From an uncultured virus (IMG/VR IMGVR_UViG_3300039136_000054) (taxonomy: Duplodnaviria; Heunggongvirae; Uroviricota; Caudoviricetes), in the IMG/VR virus record IMGVR_UViG_3300039136_000054: a stretch of DNA of 64,000 nt. One strand, written 5' to 3'. Numbering within the stretch: the first letter of the stretch is position 1; every line of letters begins with the position of its first letter. Positions 10,301-18,911 of the stretch are shown in pieces. The notes below the pieces were generated by a model that ran no database searches, had not been told where the DNA came from, and saw only the letters and a program-made list of their open reading frames with translations. Position numbers and translations under genes: made by a program.

Positions 10301-10480
10301 TGGGAATGGATCAGGAGCAAAGTCTTCTGGAACTGTAGAGATATACCAGATTGTTTGCTGATCACCAATCTGAACCGTTACACTCTGCGTTGTATCCCAC
10401 GCCGAAGGTGCTTTAAACTTCAGGCGAATAGTTTGCCCTTCGCTTACATATACTGGTGTAGTTCCGAACGAAAAGGTCAT
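7373..10480 (-). CDS. Tail fibre: N-terminal beta-sandwich repeats, collar domain, C-terminal tip
   Basis: Collar motif IGTVL...GFIECDGRSLSKASYGDLFAVIGYTYGG...FNVPDYR; HxH motifs; ends YIIKAY. Confidence 0.8.
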   Translation of the reverse strand: MTFSFGTTPVYVSEGQTIRLKFKAPSAWDTTQSVTVQIGDQQTIWYISTVPEDFAPDPFPFTPLDDATPDVMYVYGDGTRAQEDVVEVAGLTPGSSASVSLVSSYLGTNIDDYSVRIQLVHQGEADFGNWVIPSSNVFVQNGDRLQLRLKSNDTGGLTRTADLTIGARTERWTITSAIQPPNIPEPFPDFNEITGAPVDVDVYSEILRVTGLNAQAVVNTDNGARIGISSSNAFVVNDLGYSVLDGVTFADSSTNPTIQNGEYLQLVLTTPVTSTTTTTNLLSIGDALAGSSWGVTTGSFPSTTPQSFVFTDEPSAEEDALIASDIKPVGGITGLGAGVSVPVTLVSTDGTEPRVKIYYDDGSESSVGIFPTDVSNGDRIQIYNRSSATFSGTVQTTIKVGTLQVPTWSIVTNSGPDTDADFTAPASLTNKAPNRQYVSSVVSVSGINRDITITGTNNVLISIDFDTPVAGPRTFTPSNSSVQFYLTSGGLASTVSSTITIGTGSGNQFTWSITTYAVAPPAPQLKGTWYSRKNSYTYEDTNGDLQLRNAKDDGLAIGTVLSILKQPDGNYGTIDGDLDSRYPGFIECDGRSLSKASYGDLFAVIGYTYGGSGANFNVPDYRNRKLTGCGVVDGNRASSAFLPTNNINEPGNIGGWWYIDKVDVAGDNPYEQIIGTGNTGNESNFFNFGTVKTQFNAPIQADIEFAVTGTVTAQIGQLQEKLIDVPVHTHLYVSAITSDVGSTGLIPWDTQVLASPGSFENRTPVGTTGLGDGPYEDFIGGGGTDELFREEPENWYNLWIGELDRVVQRTDFKTVWDKILLTNKGVNFKAEILEWVSTWPASPLGEGQPAAKVSRTLSAKVWWTSPFSQLDTGDVESLDTALTNMQRYPEGVYGQMRTGQTAVSAAIDVEGRRFRVEAYTPPAILEDNDTTTSSHNHLMGLTPVLDPTQDFSYGNQNGPGSFKEGLGSFGTTLNVTFDNNQFNGNTAPVGLVLNTGTFELNQNIKKPIPSVTMEPNRQVPVIEEFHKVKYIIKAY

Positions 10481-10511
10481 TTAACGCAAGCAATGGTCAC
10501 GATTTCTGTAG

Positions 10512-10518
10512 TATTTAT
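10512..10518 (-). promoter_or_regulatory. T4-like late promoter
   Basis: ATAAATA about 30 nt upstream of the fibre start. Confidence 0.55.
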
Positions 10519-12092
10519 CAGATCTCTCTGACCTCAATGTATGTTCCACTGTTTTCAATTTCAACCTGAATAGGATAATCAGATTTGACCTCCACAGGTA
10601 TATCAATCTCCTCAATTAAAAGTTGATCAGTTGTTACTTCTACATCAGGAGTAATAACTGGTGATTCATCACGCAATTTATCTTCAGATGATGGAATCTG
10701 TATAGCATTGGGTGTTTGATCGATATTGATAGGTACAGTGACAACATCTACATCAGTCAATCCACCGCTACCAATTCCAGTTAGTGAGTATTGTATAGAA
10801 GCAGGTCCTCTATCATGATAAGTAACTAAATGAGTGTAAGAAGCATTTGCGGAATTTCCTGCTCCAAGATCAACAGGACTGACAGACGGAGTAGTTACAT
10901 TGCCGTCAAGATCTGTCTCCTGTATGTATAGCAAATATGATGCTGTTGCTCTAGACATCTCATGGGAGAGTGTTATGTTATCTCCATAAGATACTGCCAG
11001 AGGACCATTAAGAGAAACTGATGGTGGATCTATTACAGTAACGGTAACTGTTGCGCTAGCAGCTCCACCAGGACCATCGGCAGCCAAAGTATATGTGGTG
11101 GTAGTTGTTGGAGAAATAGTAGCTTGAGAAACTATATTAGTAGATCCAATTTCAGGACTGATGGTCACTGTGCTTACACTACCACTTACACTCCAACGTA
11201 ATATTGTGGTATCTAATCTAACAATCTCACTATCATCCACAGTAAATGAAATACTTGGTGGTGTATACACCGTGAGAGTTCTACTTACACTCGCAGATGT
11301 ATATCCATAATAGTTTCCAGTAAGTGTATATGTTGTTGTAGAACTAGGAGATACATTAACACTACCAGAACTAGCAACTGTGCCAATATTTGTAATTGAC
11401 TGTGATGTAGAATTAAATGTACTCCACGATAGCGATGCACTCTGCCCCTGAATGATTGAATCAGGACTCAAGCTTAACGAAACAGTTGGATTTGGGTATG
11501 TACAACTACCATCATTATTTGTAGCACTAGAATTGTAGTTACTAGCATTAGGATCAGTACATCCATAAACAATATAGGTACATCCAGTGCTTGGTTGATT
11601 TGCGTATGGATTGAAGTTGGTAGCATTAGGATCTTTGCATCCATAGACAGGAATTGGTGAATACCACGCAACACCTTCATAGATATATCCACTAGGTGTA
11701 TTACTGCTCGTTTTATACTTGTGGTCACCAGTGCTGGGATTATAAAATCTGTAAACTGGTTCACGATAAGCTCCGTTCTGTGTATATGCAACTCCAATAA
11801 TACCTTCTAATACGTAAGCACTACTAGGGAGACTAGACCCAAACTTAAATAAGTGATCTACAATCGAGTCGCTATAAAATCTGTAAATGTATCCTACTGA
11901 TTGACCATTTGGGATACCTGGTACGGTAGCAGACATGAACAGTTTCCATACATTACTAGCAACAAAGTTGTATGCACCCAAGCTCTCTCCACCAGGATTT
12001 GAGGTGTAAAACGTATCACCACCCCGCTGATTTGCTTGGTCATAAGGGTAGAAAAACGAATCGAAGGTGTGCAGGTTGCCCATTGCGCCCAT
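10518..12092 (-). CDS. Adhesin/tip paralogue D: DUF5648-like head, GCTD repeats, Ig-like repeats, conserved C-terminal module
   Basis: PVYRFYNPSTGDH...GYIYEGVAW repeats; YGCTDPNASNYN...DGSC; TTTYTL.A.GPGG; DQTPNAI...IQVEI tail. Confidence 0.7.
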   Translation of the reverse strand: MGAMGNLHTFDSFFYPYDQANQRGGDTFYTSNPGGESLGAYNFVASNVWKLFMSATVPGIPNGQSVGYIYRFYSDSIVDHLFKFGSSLPSSAYVLEGIIGVAYTQNGAYREPVYRFYNPSTGDHKYKTSSNTPSGYIYEGVAWYSPIPVYGCKDPNATNFNPYANQPSTGCTYIVYGCTDPNASNYNSSATNNDGSCTYPNPTVSLSLSPDSIIQGQSASLSWSTFNSTSQSITNIGTVASSGSVNVSPSSTTTYTLTGNYYGYTSASVSRTLTVYTPPSISFTVDDSEIVRLDTTILRWSVSGSVSTVTISPEIGSTNIVSQATISPTTTTTYTLAADGPGGAASATVTVTVIDPPSVSLNGPLAVSYGDNITLSHEMSRATASYLLYIQETDLDGNVTTPSVSPVDLGAGNSANASYTHLVTYHDRGPASIQYSLTGIGSGGLTDVDVVTVPINIDQTPNAIQIPSSEDKLRDESPVITPDVEVTTDQLLIEEIDIPVEVKSDYPIQVEIENSGTYIEVREI

Positions 12093-12094
12093 GG

Positions 12095-13774
12095 TTAGAT
12101 CTCCCTAATATCTTGGAATGTACCGCTATCATCTATCTCAACCTGAATAGGTTGATCTGCTTTGATCTCAACAGGAACATCAATATCATCGATCAAAATC
12201 TGTTGTGACGTTACTTCTGCATCAGGTGTGATAACTGGTTGCTCATCAAGAAGTTTATCTTCGGATGCAGGAATATCAATAGCATCAGGCGTTCTGTCAA
12301 CATTGATGAATGCATCAAAAGTAGCAGTATCGTTCAATCCCGCTTCACCAACGGCATACAACTGGAACTGAACAACATCTGGTCCAAAATCATCATAATC
12401 TGGAGAGAACAGTAAGTTTCCAGATGTATTTTGACCTGTCGGTAAATTTTCCACCAATGTCCAGTTTGGTTCAGGATTTCCCTGACTAACATACTTTCTC
12501 AACAACTGCAATGAAGTAACAGCATTATCTGCATTAAATGTCAACGTTATATCATCACCATAGTCAGTAGATAGTGGTCCAGTCAAGGAAACTTCAGGTG
12601 GATATACAACCTCAACAGTAAGTTGTTCAGTATCTGTACCACCAAGACCACTAGCAACAGCAGTATATGTAGTGTCTTGTGATGGTTGTATAAGTTGAGT
12701 GCCAGAAAGGTTGGTGCCACCAATACCAGGATTGATGCTCATTGTATCAGCATCGCCAGTAACACTCCACGTTAAAGTAGCAGTATCTCCACCAACAATT
12801 TGAGATTTGTCAACACTGAAACTAATTTGCGGTGGGATATGGACATCAATGGCAACACTCTTTGCAACCGTTCCACCAGGACCAGTAGCAGTTATTGTGT
12901 AAGTGATATCACCACCTGGTAGTATCGTAGCAGATCCAGATGTATTCACATTTCCAACGTCAGTAATGTTGACCGAATTCACAGTACCAGATACACTCCA
13001 GTTTAACTGAAAAGTATTGCCAAGAACCAATGTGCTGGGGCTAGCAGTAAACGTATCAATCGATGGTGGTGGATTTACATAAGAAAGAACTGCATATCCA
13101 TTACCAAAGTTTCCATAACCACTGTTAGTAATCCAACCAATATCTCCATTATTATACCAACCAGAGTTACCACCAATACCACCATATCCATTGCTAGTTT
13201 GAGCACCACCCAAACTTCCTGCACCACCACTAGTGGATCCTCCACCACCGCCACCACGGTGACCAGCAGGAGCAGATTGTCCAGTTCTCCACGAAGGTGA
13301 GCCGCTAGTTGCACCACCACCAATACCACGACCAGCAGTGTAATATCCACTGATACCAGTATCCTGACCGAATCTACCAGCACCGCCGCCACCACCTACC
13401 CAGGCAGTATATCTACCAAGCCAGCTATCGTATACAGCAGTAGCGCCGCCACCGCCTCCACCAGATCTATGTCCATTACCACCACCAGCGAGAGGGGAAG
13501 AACCACCACTGCCACCAGGATTCTGGGGTCCTACTCCATTGCCACCTTGCCCACCAATGTAAAATGTTAGATTGTATGAACCACTTCTTGGTGCGATAGT
13601 GAAGTTACCAGCTCTACCAAATCCACCTCTACTATGATTCCACAGACTACCATCAGAAGGCGATTTAGATCCACCACCACTACCAGCGGCAATAGTAAAG
13701 GTAACATTAGTGGCACCTGCTGGGACAAACCAAGTTACCTGCCCAGGACTATATCTACTCTGTGTTACTGTCAT
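12095..13774 (-). CDS. Adhesin/tip paralogue C: glycine-rich head, Ig-like repeats, conserved C-terminal module
   Basis: Poly-Gly head (GGQGG, GGGGGAT); shared C-terminal DRTPDAIDIP...IQVEIDD..IREI. Confidence 0.7.
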   Translation of the reverse strand: MTVTQSRYSPGQVTWFVPAGATNVTFTIAAGSGGGSKSPSDGSLWNHSRGGFGRAGNFTIAPRSGSYNLTFYIGGQGGNGVGPQNPGGSGGSSPLAGGGNGHRSGGGGGGATAVYDSWLGRYTAWVGGGGGAGRFGQDTGISGYYTAGRGIGGGATSGSPSWRTGQSAPAGHRGGGGGGSTSGGAGSLGGAQTSNGYGGIGGNSGWYNNGDIGWITNSGYGNFGNGYAVLSYVNPPPSIDTFTASPSTLVLGNTFQLNWSVSGTVNSVNITDVGNVNTSGSATILPGGDITYTITATGPGGTVAKSVAIDVHIPPQISFSVDKSQIVGGDTATLTWSVTGDADTMSINPGIGGTNLSGTQLIQPSQDTTYTAVASGLGGTDTEQLTVEVVYPPEVSLTGPLSTDYGDDITLTFNADNAVTSLQLLRKYVSQGNPEPNWTLVENLPTGQNTSGNLLFSPDYDDFGPDVVQFQLYAVGEAGLNDTATFDAFINVDRTPDAIDIPASEDKLLDEQPVITPDAEVTSQQILIDDIDVPVEIKADQPIQVEIDDSGTFQDIREI

Positions 13775-15120
13775 AGTTCTTGTACGTTATACCAAACGTT
13801 GGAATTATCAATCTCGACCTGAATTGGGTAATCAGCTTTTACCTCTACAGGAATATCTATATCCTCAATTACAATTTGTTCACTAACTACCTCAACATCA
13901 GGCGTAATAACTGGTTCTTCGTCACGTAATTTATCTTCTGTTGATGGAATATCAATAGCATTTGGAGTCTGATCAATATTAACAGGTACGTTAGCTTGTC
14001 TTATTGTTTGTAGTCCACCTTGCCCATTGGCAGTCATTGTGACCAGAATTGATTGTGGTCCTCTATTGCCCCACGTTGGTGTATATGTATATACACTACC
14101 ATCAGTTGTAGCAGTATCGGTGAAGAAATCATCACTGTTGTCTAGATCTCTCTGTGTTATTGACACATCTATACTCAATGCATTTACTGCTTCGTATGAA
14201 AAATCAACAGTAGATTGACCATAAGGTATTACAAGAGGACCAGTTAACTCTAGTTCTGGTGGTTGAATGACAGTTAAAGTAATCTGTTCAGTATCTGTAC
14301 CACCAGGTCCACTAGCGGTAAGAGTATAGGTAGTGTCTTGTGTTGGTGTTACTGCTTGAGCACCAGACAAATTAGTTGCACCAATACTAGGAGTAATAGT
14401 CATGGTAGAAGCATCACCAGTAGTGGTCCACCGTAATGTGGTGGTCTCTCCCTGAATAATCGGATTATTATCTAATGATACCGTAATTTGTGGTGGTATC
14501 AGTACCGTGACTGTACGCTGCGTTTGTCTACTTCCATTTGCCCACGTAACAGTATAGAAATATGTTGTCGTCTCTATTGGCGTAACAACAGCACTTCCAG
14601 ATGTATTTACAGCACCAGGCACAGGATCAACGGTAGCTTCTTGTATATACTGCGAATCGCTAGAAGACCAAGATAGCGTAGTGCTACTACCCAAAATAAT
14701 ACTGGATGGACTAGCGTCAAGATTTAGTATTGGATTGACAACTATGCAACTACCATCATCAAGATCTGCGCTAGGATTGTAGTTAATCGCGCCAGAATTA
14801 GTACAACCATAGATGGCAATTGGACCTTGAAACTGACTATTATTAATAAATTGTCCACCACTGACATATATGATCATGTCATTGAAGTCACCATCAGCGC
14901 CAGCTCCTTGTCTATCATCTAAACCTAAAGTCTGACTATTCAATCTTCTCATAGCAACATTGCCAGGACCACTACCATTAGCAGATAGATTAAATACCTG
15001 ATTCCACCCAACATTCGCAGTTCTACTACCACTATTGGGACCAATAGTTCCACCAGGCATACCATATAGGTAGTTACTATCGCCTGCGTTTCTAGACCAT
15101 GAAATACTAACCTGTGGCAT
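13771..15120 (-). CDS. Adhesin/tip paralogue B: putative Ca-binding lectin-like head, GCT repeat, Ig-like repeats, conserved C-terminal module
   Basis: LGLDDRQGAGADGDFNDMII (DxDFND motif); YGCTNSGAINYNP..DDGSC; shared tail. Confidence 0.7.
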   Translation of the reverse strand: MPQVSISWSRNAGDSNYLYGMPGGTIGPNSGSRTANVGWNQVFNLSANGSGPGNVAMRRLNSQTLGLDDRQGAGADGDFNDMIIYVSGGQFINNSQFQGPIAIYGCTNSGAINYNPSADLDDGSCIVVNPILNLDASPSSIILGSSTTLSWSSSDSQYIQEATVDPVPGAVNTSGSAVVTPIETTTYFYTVTWANGSRQTQRTVTVLIPPQITVSLDNNPIIQGETTTLRWTTTGDASTMTITPSIGATNLSGAQAVTPTQDTTYTLTASGPGGTDTEQITLTVIQPPELELTGPLVIPYGQSTVDFSYEAVNALSIDVSITQRDLDNSDDFFTDTATTDGSVYTYTPTWGNRGPQSILVTMTANGQGGLQTIRQANVPVNIDQTPNAIDIPSTEDKLRDEEPVITPDVEVVSEQIVIEDIDIPVEVKADYPIQVEIDNSNVWYNVQEL

Positions 15121-16631
15121 TAGATCTCCCTCACATTATACCAAACGTCATCATTCTCGATTTCAACTTGAATAGGATAATCAGACTTAATCTCAACAGG
15201 GATGTCAATATCCTCAACTACAATCTGTTCTGTCGTAACCTCAACGTTAGGCGTGACAACAGGTTCTTCATCTCTCAACTTATCTTCAGTTGAGGGAATA
15301 TCAATAGCATTAGGAGTCTGGTCAATATTGACAGGAATTACTTCTACTTCTTGTGCTAGCAGTCCACCATATCCATTGGCAGTGAAAGTAATTGACACCG
15401 ACGATGGTCCAAAGTTATCATATACAGGAGTGAATTCAAAATCAGTGATGTTAACCAAATCCCCAGTGCTACCTGGGATTATTACTGGATCTGTCACAGC
15501 TTCTGTGCTACCGTCAGTATTAACCTGCGAATAGACATAACTAACACCACCTGGTGCATTTGTTGCTTCTATACTAAAAGGCATTGGATCTTCATATCCA
15601 ACCACAATTGGACCAGAAACACTCAATGTTGGTGGTGGCAATACTGTAACAACCGCAGTGTCACTACCTGTTCCACCAGGACCAGTAGCAGTTCCTGTAT
15701 AAACTATGGTTGATGTTGGTGTAATTACTTGCTGACCAACAAGGTTAGAGTTTCCAATTCCGTTGTCAATCGTCATATTATTAGCATCACCAGTAACATT
15801 CCATCTCAAGGTAGTGCTCTCTCCCAAGACAATAATAGGATCGTCAACAGTCATATTAACGTTCGGGGGAATCAATACAGTAACTGTGACAGAATCAGTT
15901 GTTGAATATGCTGGATTAATTGCCTGAACTGTATATGTAGTCGTAGAGGCTGGAGAGACACTAAATGATCCGCTTGTGCTTACATTTCCAATACCAGGCT
16001 GCACAGTAACTGAATTAATATCTCCACTTGAGCTCCACGATAATGTACTGCTATTCCCCAAAACAATACTAGTTGGGCTTGCACTTATGCTAGCAGAAGG
16101 GCGGTCATATGTAGTTTGAGAGATGTAGATTGCCCCATTGTCACCCCTTCTTCTATTGCCATTACCACCTTGTGTACCACCTTGCCCGATCGTCCAATAT
16201 ACTCTTTGACCAGCGATAGAACCATTCGATCCTCGATAGTATGTTGAGCGAGAAGCACCACCACCGCCACCACCACCAGTTAAACTAGGCGATCTCCACT
16301 GTCCCGCACCACCAGATCCATATGGTCCATAACCAGATGCAGCACGTTGATACTGACCGCCAGAATAGTTGATCTGACCATTCCTACCATAACGGTAGTT
16401 TCCATATCCACCATAACCACCACGATTTAGTTCTCCATGTCTACCACCCTGCGACCACAATCCTGTGGTATTCAGTCTAGTGTCTTGACCATTGTTAGGA
16501 GATCTACCAAAACCAACATTAGGGCGAGCACCACCGCCACCACCAGCAACAGTAATGTAATTAACTTGCTTTACATCTTGTCTTAAAACCTGACTGCTAC
16601 TATACGTGTAGGTATTGTTATACGTAGCCAT
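15120..16631 (-). CDS. Adhesin/tip paralogue A: glycine-rich head, Ig-like repeats, conserved C-terminal module
   Basis: Gly/Arg/Tyr-rich head; shared tail DQTPNAIDIPSTEDKLRDEEPV...VREI. Confidence 0.7.
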   Translation of the reverse strand: MATYNNTYTYSSSQVLRQDVKQVNYITVAGGGGGARPNVGFGRSPNNGQDTRLNTTGLWSQGGRHGELNRGGYGGYGNYRYGRNGQINYSGGQYQRAASGYGPYGSGGAGQWRSPSLTGGGGGGGASRSTYYRGSNGSIAGQRVYWTIGQGGTQGGNGNRRRGDNGAIYISQTTYDRPSASISASPTSIVLGNSSTLSWSSSGDINSVTVQPGIGNVSTSGSFSVSPASTTTYTVQAINPAYSTTDSVTVTVLIPPNVNMTVDDPIIVLGESTTLRWNVTGDANNMTIDNGIGNSNLVGQQVITPTSTIVYTGTATGPGGTGSDTAVVTVLPPPTLSVSGPIVVGYEDPMPFSIEATNAPGGVSYVYSQVNTDGSTEAVTDPVIIPGSTGDLVNITDFEFTPVYDNFGPSSVSITFTANGYGGLLAQEVEVIPVNIDQTPNAIDIPSTEDKLRDEEPVVTPNVEVTTEQIVVEDIDIPVEIKSDYPIQVEIENDDVWYNVREI

Positions 16632-16632
16632 A

Positions 16633-17550
16633 TCAGAACTTGATGATATAGTGTACCATGATGAATGGAGTTACCACTTGATTCAGAACCTCCAAGTTGG
16701 TTGTATCAACATCAATATATGATTCCATGTCATCCAACGGTACGTTCGTAGCTGGGAATGAATAACTGAAATTATTACTGTAAGTAAAAGGTTTTGTAAT
16801 TCTATGATCGTGTTGAACCGAACCTCTTGGCACATTTGGTTGAGTTTCCTCTAGGATGTTTTGTGCTTCTACGTTTGCATCAAATGCCGAATCAGCGTCA
16901 CCAGTAAGTCCATCCCCATCAGTATTATAACCATCAGATGTAGTATTCAAAACACGCAAATCAGCGTCATGTTGGTGTGCTTGGAACTGTTCAATCGAAA
17001 TGATAGTAGGCTCAACATTCCTAGGCATGTTAAACTTAAGATTACCCCTAAAATCAATACTTGATTGCGCCGTAACTTTCATGCCGTCTCCAGTATTGGA
17101 GATATAGTTTGTAATCAATCTTTCACCAAGTGGTGTGTTTGGCGTAACCTCAACACCAACCTTGTTTTGGTTGGGTTTATTGGTCAAGGTTGTCTCACGG
17201 TATTCACCCGATCCTCTACCACCAATCATAACTTTAGATCCTAGATCAGGTAACTGAAATGATCCAAGATCTCCTGTTTCAGGATCAGGATCGCGCAGAA
17301 TAGCATTTGGTTTTGCAAATCTACATTCAGTGCCTACACCTAAAATTCTAGACAATAGAAGATAATCTTTTGCATTTAAGATAGCACCATTGCATCTCAA
17401 AAAACCACCAGGTAAGTTGTCTTTAAATACCGCAGTCGTAGGATCATTATTAAATCCCATACCAGGAACGGTATGAATCTGAATAGTTCCAGGAACACCA
17501 CCCCAGTGAGATTTCTGTCTGGCGTAATTAGTAGATATAGACTTTCCCAT
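16633..17550 (-). CDS. Tail collar-domain short fibre protein
   Basis: GFLRCNG...FQLPDL, HQH and HDH motifs, ends VHYIIKF. Confidence 0.75.
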   Translation of the reverse strand: MGKSISTNYARQKSHWGGVPGTIQIHTVPGMGFNNDPTTAVFKDNLPGGFLRCNGAILNAKDYLLLSRILGVGTECRFAKPNAILRDPDPETGDLGSFQLPDLGSKVMIGGRGSGEYRETTLTNKPNQNKVGVEVTPNTPLGERLITNYISNTGDGMKVTAQSSIDFRGNLKFNMPRNVEPTIISIEQFQAHQHDADLRVLNTTSDGYNTDGDGLTGDADSAFDANVEAQNILEETQPNVPRGSVQHDHRITKPFTYSNNFSYSFPATNVPLDDMESYIDVDTTNLEVLNQVVTPFIMVHYIIKF

Positions 17551-17551
17551 T

Positions 17552-18907
17552 TTAGTATGCTCTGATGATGTATATGCAAGAAAGAGTTGGTTGTGCGATG
17601 TTCACGTCAATTTGCAATGCTTTTTCATTCTGTGAATTGTCTACATTGACTGTTGCTGGAAGGTTAACCTCACATACAATACTACTATTGGGTCTCAATC
17701 CAGATGAATCAAACTCAACATCAAATTCTCCATGGTCATGAGCTTCAATGAAATCACCACCAGGTTCAGTGTTTGTAAAATTGAGTCCAATATGACTCAT
17801 CAGTGTATCACGAAGTTGTGATGCGTTTTGGTTGTTATCATCATAGTAATTTGTAAATCCAGTGGGAATATTCAAATTACCACCTCTAGCAGCTGCTGGA
17901 ACTGCTCTACCTGAATCTAGAAATGGTCCTTCAGGTCTCAAATTAGTTACCTTAAATTGAGTTGAAATAGGAGTTGATAAAAGGTCTTTAGGTTTCAAGT
18001 TAACAGGAGGACTCTCGGATATTACGTGTGCTACGACAACACCTTGCGTTCCACCACCATGTCCATCAGGTATAACATCACCTGCTTCTGGCCAAGTTAG
18101 TGTATAGTCAAGTTCTTGACCACTTGGAATTGACGTTGCATCTCCAATTGCAATACCAGGACGTTCATCAACTGTACCTGGGTTACCATCACCAGCAGTC
18201 TCACTAGACCAACCAAAGTAGTAGGTATCACCTTGATCACTACCACCCTCGTTATCAACGTGTGAGTGATATAGTGTATATTTAATATTCTCGAATGCAG
18301 AAACACCTCTACCAGGTCTTTTTCGGTTTTGATCATCCAGTGTTGCGTATGTTCCTGGGTGGTTATGTCTCTTAACGTGCTTTCTTCCTAATTTTCTAGG
18401 ACCAATATAAACCGTTGCAACACCTTCTCCATCTTCTTTTGTATTACCCGTGATCTTTCCTGAATATCCAGTTCTATCACCAGCGTTTATATTAAACAAA
18501 ACATCAACAGTAACATCCGTTGGTGAAATTGTAACACCATTGTCATCATGGTCTCCAATGATTGGTGAGATGATGGTGAGAGCATCAGAATCTATGTCTG
18601 CAGCTCTACCTGTACCACCATTTGCAACGGGAGCGAAGTAACTCGATTCAATATCCATCAATGTTTTTTCATTCAAGTCAGGTAACTTGACCGTTCCAGT
18701 ATAATCAGGGAAGTTGCCTGTAATAGATCCCCCCAAAGCATCATATGTATTACCAATAGCTTGTGTAAGCAGTGGATAATCTGCTGCGTCTACAACACCA
18801 CCATCACATAAAATCCACCCAGGAGGGATGTTAGTTAATCCCCCCGTCCACGGCATGATGGTGCCAACCACCGCCGATCTTGCTGTTTTTGACTCCTGAT
18901 AAAACAT
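17552..18907 (-). CDS. Tail collar-domain short fibre protein
   Basis: VGTIMPWTG...PGWILCDG...YPLLTQAIGNTY...LPDL; HNH, HDH; ends YIIRAY. Confidence 0.8.
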   Translation of the reverse strand: MFYQESKTARSAVVGTIMPWTGGLTNIPPGWILCDGGVVDAADYPLLTQAIGNTYDALGGSITGNFPDYTGTVKLPDLNEKTLMDIESSYFAPVANGGTGRAADIDSDALTIISPIIGDHDDNGVTISPTDVTVDVLFNINAGDRTGYSGKITGNTKEDGEGVATVYIGPRKLGRKHVKRHNHPGTYATLDDQNRKRPGRGVSAFENIKYTLYHSHVDNEGGSDQGDTYYFGWSSETAGDGNPGTVDERPGIAIGDATSIPSGQELDYTLTWPEAGDVIPDGHGGGTQGVVVAHVISESPPVNLKPKDLLSTPISTQFKVTNLRPEGPFLDSGRAVPAAARGGNLNIPTGFTNYYDDNNQNASQLRDTLMSHIGLNFTNTEPGGDFIEAHDHGEFDVEFDSSGLRPNSSIVCEVNLPATVNVDNSQNEKALQIDVNIAQPTLSCIYIIRAY

Positions 18908-18911
18908 TAAA

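Noticed and set aside
10518..16631. Possible DGR or invertible shufflon among the four paralogues
   Set aside because: No reverse transcriptase or recombinase in the window, all genes in the same orientation, and no near-identical template/variable repeat pair seen
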